Under the pieces are notes generated by a model. It did not search any database, had not been told where the DNA came from, and saw nothing but the letters and a program-made list of their open reading frames with translations. From a virus (taxonomy: Duplodnaviria > Heunggongvirae > Uroviricota > Caudoviricetes), in IMG/VR virus record IMGVR_UViG_2718218304_000001, positions 50,160 to 114,159 of that record: 64,000 bases of DNA. One strand, written 5' to 3'. A program made the translations under genes and the position numbers. Of this stretch, positions 38,798-48,787 are shown in pieces. Position 1 is the stretch's first letter. Every line of letters starts with the position of its first letter.

Positions 38798-38874
38798 TGG
38801 TGCCGGTTAACGGGATCGAACCGCTGACATCCTGCTTACAAGGCAGACGCTCTACCAACTGAGCTAAACCGGCA
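38798..38874 (-). tRNA. tRNA-Thr (anticodon TGT)
   Basis: Hand-folded: acceptor GCCGGTT/AACCGGC, D-arm GCTC-AGTTGGTA-GAGC, anticodon loop CTTGTAA, T-loop TTCGATC, CCA. Confidence 0.8.
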
Positions 38875-38877
38875 ATT

Positions 38878-38964
38878 TGGTGGGGAGTGATGGAGTCGAA
38901 CCACCCGAGTCGCAATGACAGTAGATTTACAGTCTACCCCGCTGCCCCTACGGACTAACTCCCC
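38878..38964 (-). tRNA. tRNA-Tyr (anticodon GTA), long variable arm
   Basis: Hand-folded: acceptor GGGGAGT/ACTCCCC, anticodon arm GTAGA-CTGTAAA-TCTAC, T-loop TTCGACT, CCA; D-arm pairing less clear. Confidence 0.7.
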
Positions 38965-38969
38965 TAAAT

Positions 38970-39044
38970 TGGCGATGGTGGGTGGATTCGAACCACCGAC
39001 CAGTTGGTTAACAGCCAACTGCTCTACCGCTGAGCTACACCATC
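38970..39044 (-). tRNA. tRNA-Asn (anticodon GTT)
   Basis: Hand-folded: acceptor GATGGTG/CACCATC, D-arm GCTC-AGCGGTA-GAGC, anticodon arm GTTGG-CTGTTAA-CCAAC, T-arm GGTGG-TTCGAAT-CCACC, CCA. Confidence 0.85.
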
Positions 39045-39822
39045 AATTCAGCACTGCCAGTATTTATTACTCAACAGTGCCAATCGCGACGGTTTAGTTT
39101 CTGCCAGGAAACGCACCGCTACTTGCACTTTTCGTTAGTGCCAGACGCTTTCGACTTCGCTCAATAGTAGAAGGCAAAATCTTTAAGTAGATGATGTTTC
39201 TGAGGACAGCACCTACTTTGTAATTTATACAATGTGATGTATGGAATCATTTGTTGTGAAAACAGGCACCAATGGCAACAGTGGTTAAACCTACACAACA
39301 ATCCTGTCTTCACAACGTTGAGGCCACTACTCCGATTGAATGTTTGCCCAACATGTTACATATCAACGCTCGCCGGTATCTCTGTGAATAGAACCTTAGA
39401 ATTGATAAAAATGTAATGGCCTCAACGTTGTGTGCTGGCTAACCATACCAGCCGGGCTACGTCGCCGCTTTTTAACCCAGTATAAACGACATAATTGAAC
39501 AAAATGACGTAACAGGATGGGCGGTCAGTGGCTAAGAATCCGGGAGTCATATGGAGTTGAAAATATACCAACCGCCCATTCTGTTACTTCATCGGAGGGA
39601 ACATGAATGTTCCCTCCTGCGTTCTGCAATCACACTCGCTCAGTGTGTCCCATTTCGGTAACGAGGCTGGAAACTGACCTCGCTGGTGTTTGGCTTATTA
39701 GGCTACTGCCAGATAGACTTCTTCGTTTGCACTTGTATTTAAGTTCAAACAGTCGCGTCTCAACGAAAACAAAGTCATCTTATACATAAAAGATAAGTAA
39801 GTAAATACTTATCACCATGTTT

Positions 39823-40113
39823 TTATTCGGTTGTGACTTTTTTGATCAAGGCCACTCTACGACTAGGTGTTCTTGTGATGGTGGCAGTGAATCGTTTCGC
39901 TTGGATAGTAATGGTTTCGTTCTCCTTAAGTTGCCCGTAGCGAGTTTCCACCAGGGTGCCAAGACGCCACAGACCATCATCGATACGTTTATGACTGGCA
40001 AATTTAATCAGCAGCAGTTTTACGACTAACTGACCTACGTAAAAGGCGAATGCGACTCCGGCCGCTAAGAAATAGGTGGCCAACCACCAGTCCCAAGAAG
40101 TTAAATTGCTCAT
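39823..40113 (-). CDS. membrane protein, hypothetical
   Basis: 96 aa with N-terminal hydrophobic helix (WWLATYFLAAGVAFAFYV). Confidence 0.45.
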   Translation of the reverse strand: MSNLTSWDWWLATYFLAAGVAFAFYVGQLVVKLLLIKFASHKRIDDGLWRLGTLVETRYGQLKENETITIQAKRFTATITRTPSRRVALIKKVTTE

Positions 40114-40258
40114 TTTCTAACCTTTGTTTCATGAACTACCCGATACACACGCTTTCCGATGCACAGTGTTTTGGTTTTAAGTTCCTGCTTAATTAAATCA
40201 CGACAGATGCCGAAGCCGATAAGGAAGCCACCCATAAAAGCTAATGAGATGTATGGAA

Positions 40259-40474
40259 TCATTTTAACGCTCCTGATTCTACTAATTGCTGTAGCAATAC
40301 TTTCCCTTTATCAGTTAACTGGTAGTTGGCCGAACACCACGTTTCAGAAACGTTTGCAACCAACCCTAACCGCTCTAACTTAGCTCGCGTTTTAGGCTTC
40401 CAGTACTCAGGGAACTCCGGCCACTTACTTATTTCATGAAGCGTTTCTTTCTCCCGTTTACTTAATACGATCAT
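40259..40474 (-). CDS. hypothetical small protein
   Basis: 71-aa ORF overlapping the ligase stop. Confidence 0.4.
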   Translation of the reverse strand: MIVLSKREKETLHEISKWPEFPEYWKPKTRAKLERLGLVANVSETWCSANYQLTDKGKVLLQQLVESGALK

Positions 40475-41793
40475 TCTTTATCTCCGATTCGATCTTCGGT
40501 ATCGCGTAAGCAACGCGGCCATTTCAGTCGTGGGTGGCGTAAGCTGCCATCCGGCGTTTTCTCGTGACAATGAACCTCGACAATACGACCACGGTACTTC
40601 TCTTTGTTGTTCCAGATCTCGTCCAGATATTTATGCTTAATGCCGCTCGCACGAACAATCACACCGTTTTCAAGGCGAATAACAATTTTTCCAAGCGTGT
40701 TGGCAAAACCAGAGTCCGGGTCGCCAGGCTCAAAGTCGATAATTTCACCATCTTCTGAATCTTCGTCTTTTAACTTCCACCAGCTGCGGGTACGTTTAAA
40801 CTCGTAAACAGAGTTCGGATCTTTGCCCATCTCCCCTTCTTCGTTATCGTCCAGGCGTTTCATGAAGCGTTCGATGAAGTCTTCGTGGCTATGGATGATG
40901 TAGAACGGATGAAGGTGGATATCTTGCGCATAATCTTCCACGCAAGTGTTGCGGAACAACGCCACCAGCATAGCCAGGCGCTCTTTCAGCTTCATACCGG
41001 TCTTCAGGTACTCTTTGCTTTTTGCTTGAGCACGCCACTCCGGTAAGAAGAAATCGAAAATGTGGTAAACGGCACCAATGGCTTTCACGTTCTTCTTACG
41101 AAGCGCCGACACTGACTGGTTGAATGTACCTGCAGTGCCCTCTCCATCGAAGAAGATGTGATTGAAGCCGGAGAGTCTGCCCCGCTCCAGCATGGCTGGT
41201 TTAAGGTGATCGAGTGACGTAATCGGATTGCCGGTGCGCGTCAGGAAATTGACCTCACCCTCGTCCACGATGACTTCGCAGATAACCCGGAGACCATCGA
41301 GTTTGAGACTGCCGATCATTGGCCACTTGGCCTTTGGATTTGGTTTAAATGGGTATTTGTCGCCTTTCTCCTTGTACGGAGACGCCAGCTGTACCTCAAA
41401 CTTCGGAATTGGGTTTTTGAACACCTTGTTGCACAGGCTGATGCCGACACCGGCTTTCGGATCTTTCAGCAGGAAGCGACGAAACACGTCCTGCCCGTCA
41501 GCGCACATCGAGGCAACGAGTGATTCGACAGCAGCAATAGCGATGTTCCCGGTCAGTTCGCGCGCTGCCAGCTTCTCCAGCAGATCTACTACCTTCTGGT
41601 CGCTGGGTACGGAAGTATCGAGTGGCTCGGCCACTTTGTACTTCTTCACACCGAATCGAATGAATGGATTGAGCATTAGCGAGACCATGCTCTGTTCAAA
41701 TTCATCCAGATTGGCCAGCGCCTCTTTCTTGGCGTTGGTTCCCATCGTTTTAATAGCATCCAGCTTGTGCTTTAGGGCGATCAGTTTTTCCAT
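40471..41793 (-). CDS. ATP-dependent DNA ligase
   Basis: Adenylation motif I SLKLDGLRV (KxDG) and downstream nucleotidyltransferase/OB-domain pattern; 440 aa. Confidence 0.8.
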   Translation of the reverse strand: MEKLIALKHKLDAIKTMGTNAKKEALANLDEFEQSMVSLMLNPFIRFGVKKYKVAEPLDTSVPSDQKVVDLLEKLAARELTGNIAIAAVESLVASMCADGQDVFRRFLLKDPKAGVGISLCNKVFKNPIPKFEVQLASPYKEKGDKYPFKPNPKAKWPMIGSLKLDGLRVICEVIVDEGEVNFLTRTGNPITSLDHLKPAMLERGRLSGFNHIFFDGEGTAGTFNQSVSALRKKNVKAIGAVYHIFDFFLPEWRAQAKSKEYLKTGMKLKERLAMLVALFRNTCVEDYAQDIHLHPFYIIHSHEDFIERFMKRLDDNEEGEMGKDPNSVYEFKRTRSWWKLKDEDSEDGEIIDFEPGDPDSGFANTLGKIVIRLENGVIVRASGIKHKYLDEIWNNKEKYRGRIVEVHCHEKTPDGSLRHPRLKWPRCLRDTEDRIGDKE

Positions 41794-41827
41794 TAGTGTT
41801 TAACCTCCATCGGTCGCTCGGGAGTTT

Positions 41828-42303
41828 TCATGTGTTTTCTTTGGTTGCTTCTTCAATGAGTGCCGCGTACACGTCAGTGATCGACGCCAGTGAATCGGTG
41901 GGCTTGGTTTCGGATTTAGCAGGTTCTGTTTTCTTCGTGCGATGAATAAGACTGTCAATTGTCGCGGAGTTTCGCTTCCGGGGGGCGTTCTGGCATGGTC
42001 GTTTTGCTCTTCCACTTCTTTGATAAGTGAAGACATATCGATGAAGTAGAGCTGTTCGCCTTTGCGGATCTCTTCGACCATCATTTTCAGTGCCTGACAT
42101 TTACCAGCAGCAATAGCCGCAGCACAGGACTGGAACGATGTAGCCGGGAGACGTTTTTCTTTATAGGCGAGGATCGTGTGTTGGCAGACTGTATAGCTGC
42201 AATGAGCCTCATGGCCGTTGAGCTTCACTTCCGGGCAGCGCAGCGAATAACCGTTGTTTCCGGAGATAGACGGGATTTTCGACAAATCTGTTCTTGTGGA
42301 CAT
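41828..42303 (-). pseudogene. Cys-rich hypothetical gene split between two frames at a C6 homopolymer (frameshift, sequencing error or slippage)
   Basis: Track ORFs 41800..42303 and 41828..42100 overlap in different frames. The N-terminal half is protein-like only in the first frame and the C-terminal half only in the second; the switch coincides with CCCCCC at about 41980-41985. Confidence 0.4.
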
Positions 42304-42383
42304 GCTTCTAACCGTAATCTTGTACTTACTTATTAATCGCAGTTTAAAGAAGCCCCACGAGGGGCTAAATGTTTTATCGAGGC

Positions 42384-43196
42384 TTACCAGGTCGCCCAGC
42401 CAGTCATTTTGTCCTGAGCAGCTTCGAACCGGTATGGGTCCAGTAAATCGTTGGCATGGTGGACGGCGTAGGATTTGGCTTCTTGTTTAATCATGGGTAA
42501 TTCGTTGGCCAGACGAGCCACTTGCCCTGCAAAACTGGCGAGTACTCCGTCACATGCCTGACCCGCGTCGACAATGATGCGCACCAGGTCTAAGTCGCTG
42601 CGGCACATATCGCAGATAATGCCGTATTCCACCTCACGAATGCGCTCAACGGCTTTTTTGATATCGCCACTGACCACCAATTCCAGCAAACCAGGTGGAG
42701 TTGTCAGATCTGTTACGCGCTCGGTAACTTCAGACTGTTCGACAATACTCAGGAACGCCGCGATGGACGGGTCATCCGCCACACCAGCTCTGACTTTGAG
42801 CGTGCGAAGAGTTGCGTCGACAATATCCTCAAACCGTTCACCTTCATCGCACACAGTCTGATTGGTGTAGACAGTCTGATTAGTGTAGACAATGCGACCG
42901 TCGTACCATGCACCGGTACTCACTTCGACCGTTGCGTCTTTCATCTCGCGAGAGAACGCCACAAGTGCCGCGCGTTTCTGCTTAACACCTGGCAACTCCG
43001 GGGACTCTCCAAAACGAACCCAGACCTGCATGTATTTCGAGCCTTCCGAAAGAGGTGCGGCGCTCACGGACGTGGCGATATGCTCCAGCGCAGTTTGGAT
43101 CGCCTCGTCGATAATCTTCTGGCGCTCTTCTGTATCAATTTCTACGCCGGATTTGTCGATGATGTCGCAGACTAACTTCTGAAATTCTTCTTTCAT
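42384..43196 (-). CDS. hypothetical protein
   Basis: 270-aa ORF; internal tandem repeat IVYTNQTV YTNQTV. Confidence 0.5.
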   Translation of the reverse strand: MKEEFQKLVCDIIDKSGVEIDTEERQKIIDEAIQTALEHIATSVSAAPLSEGSKYMQVWVRFGESPELPGVKQKRAALVAFSREMKDATVEVSTGAWYDGRIVYTNQTVYTNQTVCDEGERFEDIVDATLRTLKVRAGVADDPSIAAFLSIVEQSEVTERVTDLTTPPGLLELVVSGDIKKAVERIREVEYGIICDMCRSDLDLVRIIVDAGQACDGVLASFAGQVARLANELPMIKQEAKSYAVHHANDLLDPYRFEAAQDKMTGWATW

Positions 43197-43259
43197 AGCA
43201 ACTCCTGACTAACAGATGAAAGTATTCTTTCAGAAAAATAAGTAAGTATCTACTTATTA

Positions 43260-43737
43260 TATCGGGCGCAATAGTCTGCTATACGAAGAAGCCAGGCGTA
43301 AAAACCACTCGGATGCACATCCAGCACCCGACAAAGCAGTCGGACAGGCCAGCAATGGGTGTTGTCACGGATAAAGGCGTACCTCAGTCGGACAGCTTTG
43401 CGAAGTACGCCGCGCTTTTTTTAATATGTCCCGTTCGTCGGTAACCCGCTTCAGCTCTTTCTGGAGACGGCGGATCTCGGCCTGAGCATCTGACTGTTCT
43501 TTATTAGTGGAAGAATCCGGACCGTACTTCTTTATCCAGGAGTAAAGGCTGTGGGTGGTGATATCGAGACGTGTTGCAACGCTGGCAACAGAATAACCGC
43601 GATCAACAACCTGTTTGACTGCTTCAATTTTTAAACTCTTCGGGATAACGCTTACCGCTCATGGGCACCTCTCTTTAAGTCATCTTAAATGACTCTGAGG
43701 TGTCTATTAAACCTGTGGCGATTCAATACACTAAATC
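43260..43737 (-). mobile_element. IS3-family insertion sequence remnant (left end + orfA + first ~30 codons of orfB; 3' part missing)
   Basis: orfA-like frame (MSGKRYPEEFK...ILKKAAAYFAKLSD) and orfB N-terminus (...CRVLDVHPSGFYAWL...) on the minus strand, ending abruptly at the backbone palindromic motif. Confidence 0.65.
43384..43662 (-). pseudogene. IS3-family transposase orfA, frameshifted
   Basis: ATG at about 43662; an A5 run after codon 12 gives a premature stop, while removing one A restores a ~92-aa OrfA-like HTH protein. Confidence 0.6.
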
Positions 43738-43883
43738 AATAAGTTGGTAGCATTACCGATGAATTTGACAATTTAAACTAAAAAATAAACTACGAAGTAA
43801 TTTTAATGTTATGTTTCCATATACATGGTATACTGTCCCCATGAATATCCAGACAGTTGGTTACAGCGCCTGCTGGGCAAAAA

Positions 43884-44856
43884 AACCATGGAAAACGAGC
43901 TGCTGAAAGAAGCCGTTGAATATGGCCGACAAAAAAAGTGGATAGCGCACGTGCCCTTGTTGCCGGAGGATGGTGAATGAGCCTTGTCAGTCGTTGCCTC
44001 CGGGTCTCACGTGCGCAACTGCATGCCATGGCCCGTCGGTCGAAGGGCTGGCAGGATCGTCGGTGCAAGCGCAAGCCTGATGATACTGAAGCGCTGGCTC
44101 GTATCCATACCGTTATCGACGATCTGCCCACCTATGGTTATCGTCGTGTATGGGTACTGCTGCGCAGACAATCAGAAACTGACGACATGGCGGTGATCAA
44201 TGCCAAACGCGTATACCGCATCATGCGTCAGAATGCGCTGCTGCTTGAGCGTAAACCGGCAATACCGCCCTCGAAGCGGGCGCATAGAGGGAAAGTGGCC
44301 GTTGGAGAAAGTAACCAGCGGTGGTGCTCCGACGGCTTCGGGTTCAGCTGTGATAACGGTGAAAAACTGCGGATCACGTTCGCGCTGGACTGTTGCGAGC
44401 GCGAGGCACTTCACTGGGCAGCAAGTACCGGTGGATATGACAGTGAAACCGTGCAGGACGTCATGCTGGGTGCAGTAGAGCGTCGCTTCGGTAACAGGCT
44501 GCCGACATCCCCCGTTGAGTGGCTGACAGACAACGGTTCAGCCTACCGTTCTCATCAGACGCGTCAGTTCGCCAGAATGGTAGGACTGGAGCCAAAACAT
44601 ACGGCGGTACGTAGTCCAGAAAGCAACGGAATGGCGGAGAGCTTCGTGAAAACGATGAAGCGCGACTACATCAGTATCATGCCAAAACCTGACGGGTTAA
44701 CAGCGGCAAAGAACCTTGCGGAGGCCTTCGAACATTACAACGAATGGCATCCGCACAGTGCACTGGGATATCGTTCTCCACGGGAATATCTGCGGCGGCG
44801 AACCAGTAATGGGTTAAGCGATAAAAAGTGTCTGGAAATATAGGGGCCAATCCACA
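43884..44856 (+). mobile_element. IS2-like element, 5'-truncated (last ~30 codons of orfA, complete orfB, right inverted repeat)
   Basis: orfA C-terminus [39 protein letters not shown] matches my recollection of IS2 InsC; right end ...TATAGGGGCCAATCCA. Confidence 0.8.
43977..44843 (+). CDS. insD: IS2-like transposase OrfB (InsD-like, DDE integrase core)
   Basis: 288 aa, highly similar to IS2 InsD as I recall it (..YGYRRVW..LRRQ..; DDE/RNase H-fold core). Confidence 0.85.
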   Translation: MSLVSRCLRVSRAQLHAMARRSKGWQDRRCKRKPDDTEALARIHTVIDDLPTYGYRRVWVLLRRQSETDDMAVINAKRVYRIMRQNALLLERKPAIPPSKRAHRGKVAVGESNQRWCSDGFGFSCDNGEKLRITFALDCCEREALHWAASTGGYDSETVQDVMLGAVERRFGNRLPTSPVEWLTDNGSAYRSHQTRQFARMVGLEPKHTAVRSPESNGMAESFVKTMKRDYISIMPKPDGLTAAKNLAEAFEHYNEWHPHSALGYRSPREYLRRRTSNGLSDKKCLEI

Positions 44857-44984
44857 TGGAAATGTTTTTGATTAAAATAAAAAATATTCTTTTATATTGC
44901 TCTATCATTTTTATTTTTAGTAATTTATTAGCAAGAGATTGCGATCTCTTTTTTAGTTAAAGCAAATTAGTTAAGGATTAGTCT

Positions 44985-45536
44985 ATGAAACGTTCAATTA
45001 TTGCGGCTACTGTATTAGCATCTCTTTTTATGAGCGCAGGATCATTTGCAGCAGAAGGGAGTACAGAGGGTCAGTTAACTATTAACGGTAAAGTCACAGA
45101 GACTACATGTCAGTTCCTGAGCGGTAGTGAGAATACAACAATTTCGATGAGCGAAATTGGTCGTGATCAATTTGAAAATGTAGAAGTTGGCTCCCCCGTT
45201 ACCACTTATTCAAATACAACATCTTTACCACTAAAAGTTAAATGTCCCGGAGAAAAAAAACCAAGAATTACCTTCTCCAGCACCCAATTTGAAGGAACGG
45301 GTTCAAATGTTACTCGCAATACTGGTGATGCTAGCGGTGTCGGTTTCGCTGTTTTTTTGGGGAAAGGTACTGATTCTAGCAAGCGGATTTCTGGTAATAG
45401 TCCTATTGAGTTAACATCAGCTACTAATAATGGTGAATATGAGTTGCATTTTACGGCGCAATACGCAAAAGCAGCTGATGATGTGAGTACTGGCGAAGTT
45501 AGTTCTGCGATAACAATGACCGTTGTAACAGATTAA
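44985..45536 (+). CDS. fimbrial major subunit (chaperone-usher pilin)
   Basis: Signal peptide MKRSIIAATVLASLFMSAGSFA; conserved Cys pair (TCQF...KVKCPG); ~160-aa mature pilin-like protein. Confidence 0.8.
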   Translation: MKRSIIAATVLASLFMSAGSFAAEGSTEGQLTINGKVTETTCQFLSGSENTTISMSEIGRDQFENVEVGSPVTTYSNTTSLPLKVKCPGEKKPRITFSSTQFEGTGSNVTRNTGDASGVGFAVFLGKGTDSSKRISGNSPIELTSATNNGEYELHFTAQYAKAADDVSTGEVSSAITMTVVTD

Positions 45537-45591
45537 CATGATGTTTATCGGCGGCTTCGGTCGCCGATTTTCAATCGCAAGGATTGTTATC

Positions 45592-46272
45592 ATGAAAAAA
45601 TTAATAGCCTTCTTACTAACCGTAACGGTCCCATCTGCGTGGGGCGGTGTCTATATTTACGGCACTCGCGTTATTTATCCGGAACAGAAAAAAGAGATTG
45701 CAGTTCAGTTAATGAATGAAGGTGAGCGTAGTGCTCTTGTTCAGTCGTGGATTGATGATGGCGATGCCAGCCTTCCTCCGGAAAAGATTAGTGTACCTTT
45801 TGTGCTGACTCCACCGGTAGTTCATGTTAGTAAGGGTGAAGGACAGCAACTGAAAATTAAACAACTGGCGAACACTCTACCTAAAGATCGCGAAAGTCTG
45901 TTCTTCCTTAATGTACTGGATATTCCACCTAATAGTGAGAAATACGAAGGCAAGAATCTGATTAAATTCGCGATGCAAAATCGTATCAAATTTATTTATC
46001 GCCCAAAAGGTATAACAAGAGTCGATAAAGAGAGTTTTTCCCGGATTAATATCAGACCCGTTGATAGAGGCATTAACATAAAAAATAATTCAGCGAACTG
46101 GATAACCATTCCTGAATTAACCGGGAATGCGAAAATTAATAAGGAGACACTACTGCTGGCACCCTGGTCAGATCAGACTGTCAAAACGACATCCGTTGTT
46201 AACTATTACAATGTTACTCTGATTGATGATCATGGAAACTATTTGAGTGAAAAAATAAAAACTGCTAAATAG
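45592..46272 (+). CDS. periplasmic fimbrial chaperone (PapD/FimC-like)
   Basis: Track ORF 45538..46272; ATG at 45592 with AAGGA SD and signal peptide MKKLIAFLLTVTVPSAWG; PapD-like motifs (IYPE, LVQSWID, NRIKFIYRP). Confidence 0.85.
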   Translation: MKKLIAFLLTVTVPSAWGGVYIYGTRVIYPEQKKEIAVQLMNEGERSALVQSWIDDGDASLPPEKISVPFVLTPPVVHVSKGEGQQLKIKQLANTLPKDRESLFFLNVLDIPPNSEKYEGKNLIKFAMQNRIKFIYRPKGITRVDKESFSRINIRPVDRGINIKNNSANWITIPELTGNAKINKETLLLAPWSDQTVKTTSVVNYYNVTLIDDHGNYLSEKIKTAK

Positions 46273-46289
46273 ATTAGCAGGGATTGGTT

Positions 46290-48776
46290 ATGTCAAAGTT
46301 TAATTCTATTACACTGGCTATTCTGTCAGTATTAGCGACTTCGCATACATGGGCTAAGGGTGAAACGTTTAATACCAATTTTATGATTGGTGGTTTAAAT
46401 GGGGAGAAAATTTCTAACTACCATATTGATAGTGATAAGCCGATGCCGGGTATCTACGCTATGGATGTTTATCTGAATAATCAATGGCGTGGCCACTATG
46501 ATATTGATATTAAAGATGACCCTAATGCAACATGTTTATCCATGGAGCAATTAAAGCAAATTGGGATCCTCACTGAAGGAATTAGTATCGATAAAGGCGT
46601 AGAATGTGTACCACTTCGGGATGCTGTCCAGGGAGGCAGCGTCGACTATGATATTGGGCATTTTAACCTAAAATTAAGCGTGCCCCAAGCCTATGTTCTG
46701 AAATATGAACATGGCTATATTCCGCCTGAAGCATGGGATCGCGGGATTAACGCATTATATACATCTTATTATGCCAGTCAGTATTACAGTGATTATAAAA
46801 ACGGCGGAGATGATAAAAGTAGCTATCTAAATCTGAACAGTGGGTTAAATCTCCTGGGCTGGCAGCTGCATTCAAATGCCAATTATACGAAAAGCGACGA
46901 AAACAGCGGTAAATGGAAGAGTAACACGCTATATCTGGAACGTGGAATTCCACAAATTCTCGGCACGTTTCGCGCAGGTGAAATGTATACTGGTTCTGAT
47001 GTTTTTGACTCCGTGCGTTTTCGCGGCGTGCGCCTTTGGCGCGATATGCAGATGTTACCGAACTCTAAACAGAATTTTACTCCTGTGGTACGCGGCGTTG
47101 CCCAGAGTAACGCACTCGTCACCATAGAACAAAATGGTTTTGTGGTTTACCAGAAAGAAGTACCGCCAGGCCCATTCGCCATTGATGATTTGCAACTTTC
47201 TAATGGTGGGGCAGATTTGGAAGTTATCGTCAAAGAAGCTGATGGTTCAACGTCGTACTATCGGGTGCCTTATTCATCGGTGCCAAATATGTTGCAACCT
47301 GGCGTTTCTAAATATGAATTTTCAGCCGGACGTAGTCATATTGAAGGAGCCAGCAATCAATCTGATTTTATCCAGGGAAGCTATAAGCATGGTTTCAACA
47401 ATTTGCTGACAGGTTATGGCGGCACGCTGTTATCTGATAATTACTCATCGTTTGTTCTTGGAACAGGATGGAATACACCGATTGGTGCTATATCGGTTGA
47501 TTTTACCCATTCATACAGCAAGCAAGACAACGGTGATGTGTTTAACGGTCAAAGTTATCAGATTGCCTGGAATAAATATCTCTCTCAGAGCGGAACACAA
47601 TTTTCTCTGGCGGCCTGGCGTTATTCCTCTCGGGGTTATCGTACTTTTAACGATCATGTATGGGCAAATAACAAAAATAGATACAATCGAGAAGACAACT
47701 CAGGCTATGACATTGCCAACTACTACCAGTATGATTTTGGTCGCAAGAATAGCTTTTCTTTAAATATCAACCAGTCATTACCGGAAAATTGGGGGTATCT
47801 GGCGATCAGCGGTCAATGGCGAGATTACTGGGAACGTAGCGGGACAGGGAAAAATTACCAACTAAGCTATACGAACTCATGGGAACGTCTAAGTTATACC
47901 TTGTCGGTTAGCCAGACATACGATGAGGATAACAGCGAAGACAGACGCATTAACTTATTTTTCTCAATCCCCTTCTCGTGGCGTGATAATATCACCGAAA
48001 AACGACGAGATTTATTTATCTCTAACTCGACCACATTTGATAAAGACGGCTACCAGTCAAATACTACCAGCCTCAGTGGTGTAGCTGGGAACCGTGATCA
48101 GTTCAGCTACGGGGCTAACTTTAGCCATCAACAACAGGACAGCGAAGCAACAGCAGGTGGAAATCTGATTTGGCGTGCGCCAGTGGCTACCATTGGTGGC
48201 AGCTATAGCCAGTCGAAAAAATATCAACAGATAAGTGGTAATATTCAAGGTGGTTTAGTCGCGTGGTCAGACGGGATAGCACTGGCTCCCAGACTTTCAG
48301 ATACATTTACCATCGTCCATGCTCCGGGGCTGGATGGGGCTGCGGTACAGGGGTATCGTTACCTGAGCACGGATAGCCGAGGTTACGCTATTTATGACAG
48401 CCTGACGCCGTATCGTAAAAACACGTTGATGCTGGATACTTCTGACAGTCAAAGCGATGTGGCACTACTGGGCAACCGTAAAAGCACCGCTCCTTATCGT
48501 GGGGCCGTTGTGATGACGCAGTTTGATACTGACAAACGTAAACCCTGGTATTTCCTTGCTCAGCGCCCGGATGGTTCTCCATTATCGTTCGGTTATGAAG
48601 TTGAAGATGAAAGCGGTAAGAATGTGGGCTTGGTAGGACAGGGAAGTCGGATATTTATTCGCACTGATGATGTTCCCGCATCGATTCGCGTCTCGGTTAA
48701 TAAACAGCAGGAAAAATTCTGTACTATTACCTTTGATAACGTTATTGATGAGAATAAAGTTTATATTTGTCGTTAA
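46290..48776 (+). CDS. outer-membrane fimbrial usher (FimD/PapC-like)
   Basis: ~830 aa, signal peptide, usher-like sequence throughout, C-terminal Cys pair; track start 46284 is TTG, ATG at 46290. Confidence 0.85.
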   Translation: MSKFNSITLAILSVLATSHTWAKGETFNTNFMIGGLNGEKISNYHIDSDKPMPGIYAMDVYLNNQWRGHYDIDIKDDPNATCLSMEQLKQIGILTEGISIDKGVECVPLRDAVQGGSVDYDIGHFNLKLSVPQAYVLKYEHGYIPPEAWDRGINALYTSYYASQYYSDYKNGGDDKSSYLNLNSGLNLLGWQLHSNANYTKSDENSGKWKSNTLYLERGIPQILGTFRAGEMYTGSDVFDSVRFRGVRLWRDMQMLPNSKQNFTPVVRGVAQSNALVTIEQNGFVVYQKEVPPGPFAIDDLQLSNGGADLEVIVKEADGSTSYYRVPYSSVPNMLQPGVSKYEFSAGRSHIEGASNQSDFIQGSYKHGFNNLLTGYGGTLLSDNYSSFVLGTGWNTPIGAISVDFTHSYSKQDNGDVFNGQSYQIAWNKYLSQSGTQFSLAAWRYSSRGYRTFNDHVWANNKNRYNREDNSGYDIANYYQYDFGRKNSFSLNINQSLPENWGYLAISGQWRDYWERSGTGKNYQLSYTNSWERLSYTLSVSQTYDEDNSEDRRINLFFSIPFSWRDNITEKRRDLFISNSTTFDKDGYQSNTTSLSGVAGNRDQFSYGANFSHQQQDSEATAGGNLIWRAPVATIGGSYSQSKKYQQISGNIQGGLVAWSDGIALAPRLSDTFTIVHAPGLDGAAVQGYRYLSTDSRGYAIYDSLTPYRKNTLMLDTSDSQSDVALLGNRKSTAPYRGAVVMTQFDTDKRKPWYFLAQRPDGSPLSFGYEVEDESGKNVGLVGQGSRIFIRTDDVPASIRVSVNKQQEKFCTITFDNVIDENKVYICR

Positions 48777-48787
48777 AGGATTTGTTT

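Noticed and set aside
38303-39097. Short ORFs 38303..38488, 38673..38915, 38836..39018, 38915..39097
   Set aside because: They overlap the four hand-folded tRNA genes and their spacers; translations have no protein-like features
39234-40029. Plus-strand 60-70-aa ORFs 39234..39416, 39607..39789, 39817..40029
   Set aside because: Barely above the cutoff, no RBS, lying over hairpin-rich non-coding DNA or antisense to a minus-strand gene
43790-44131. 113-aa minus-strand ORF
   Set aside because: Antisense to the IS2-like orfA/orfB junction; the plus-strand transposase frame explains the region
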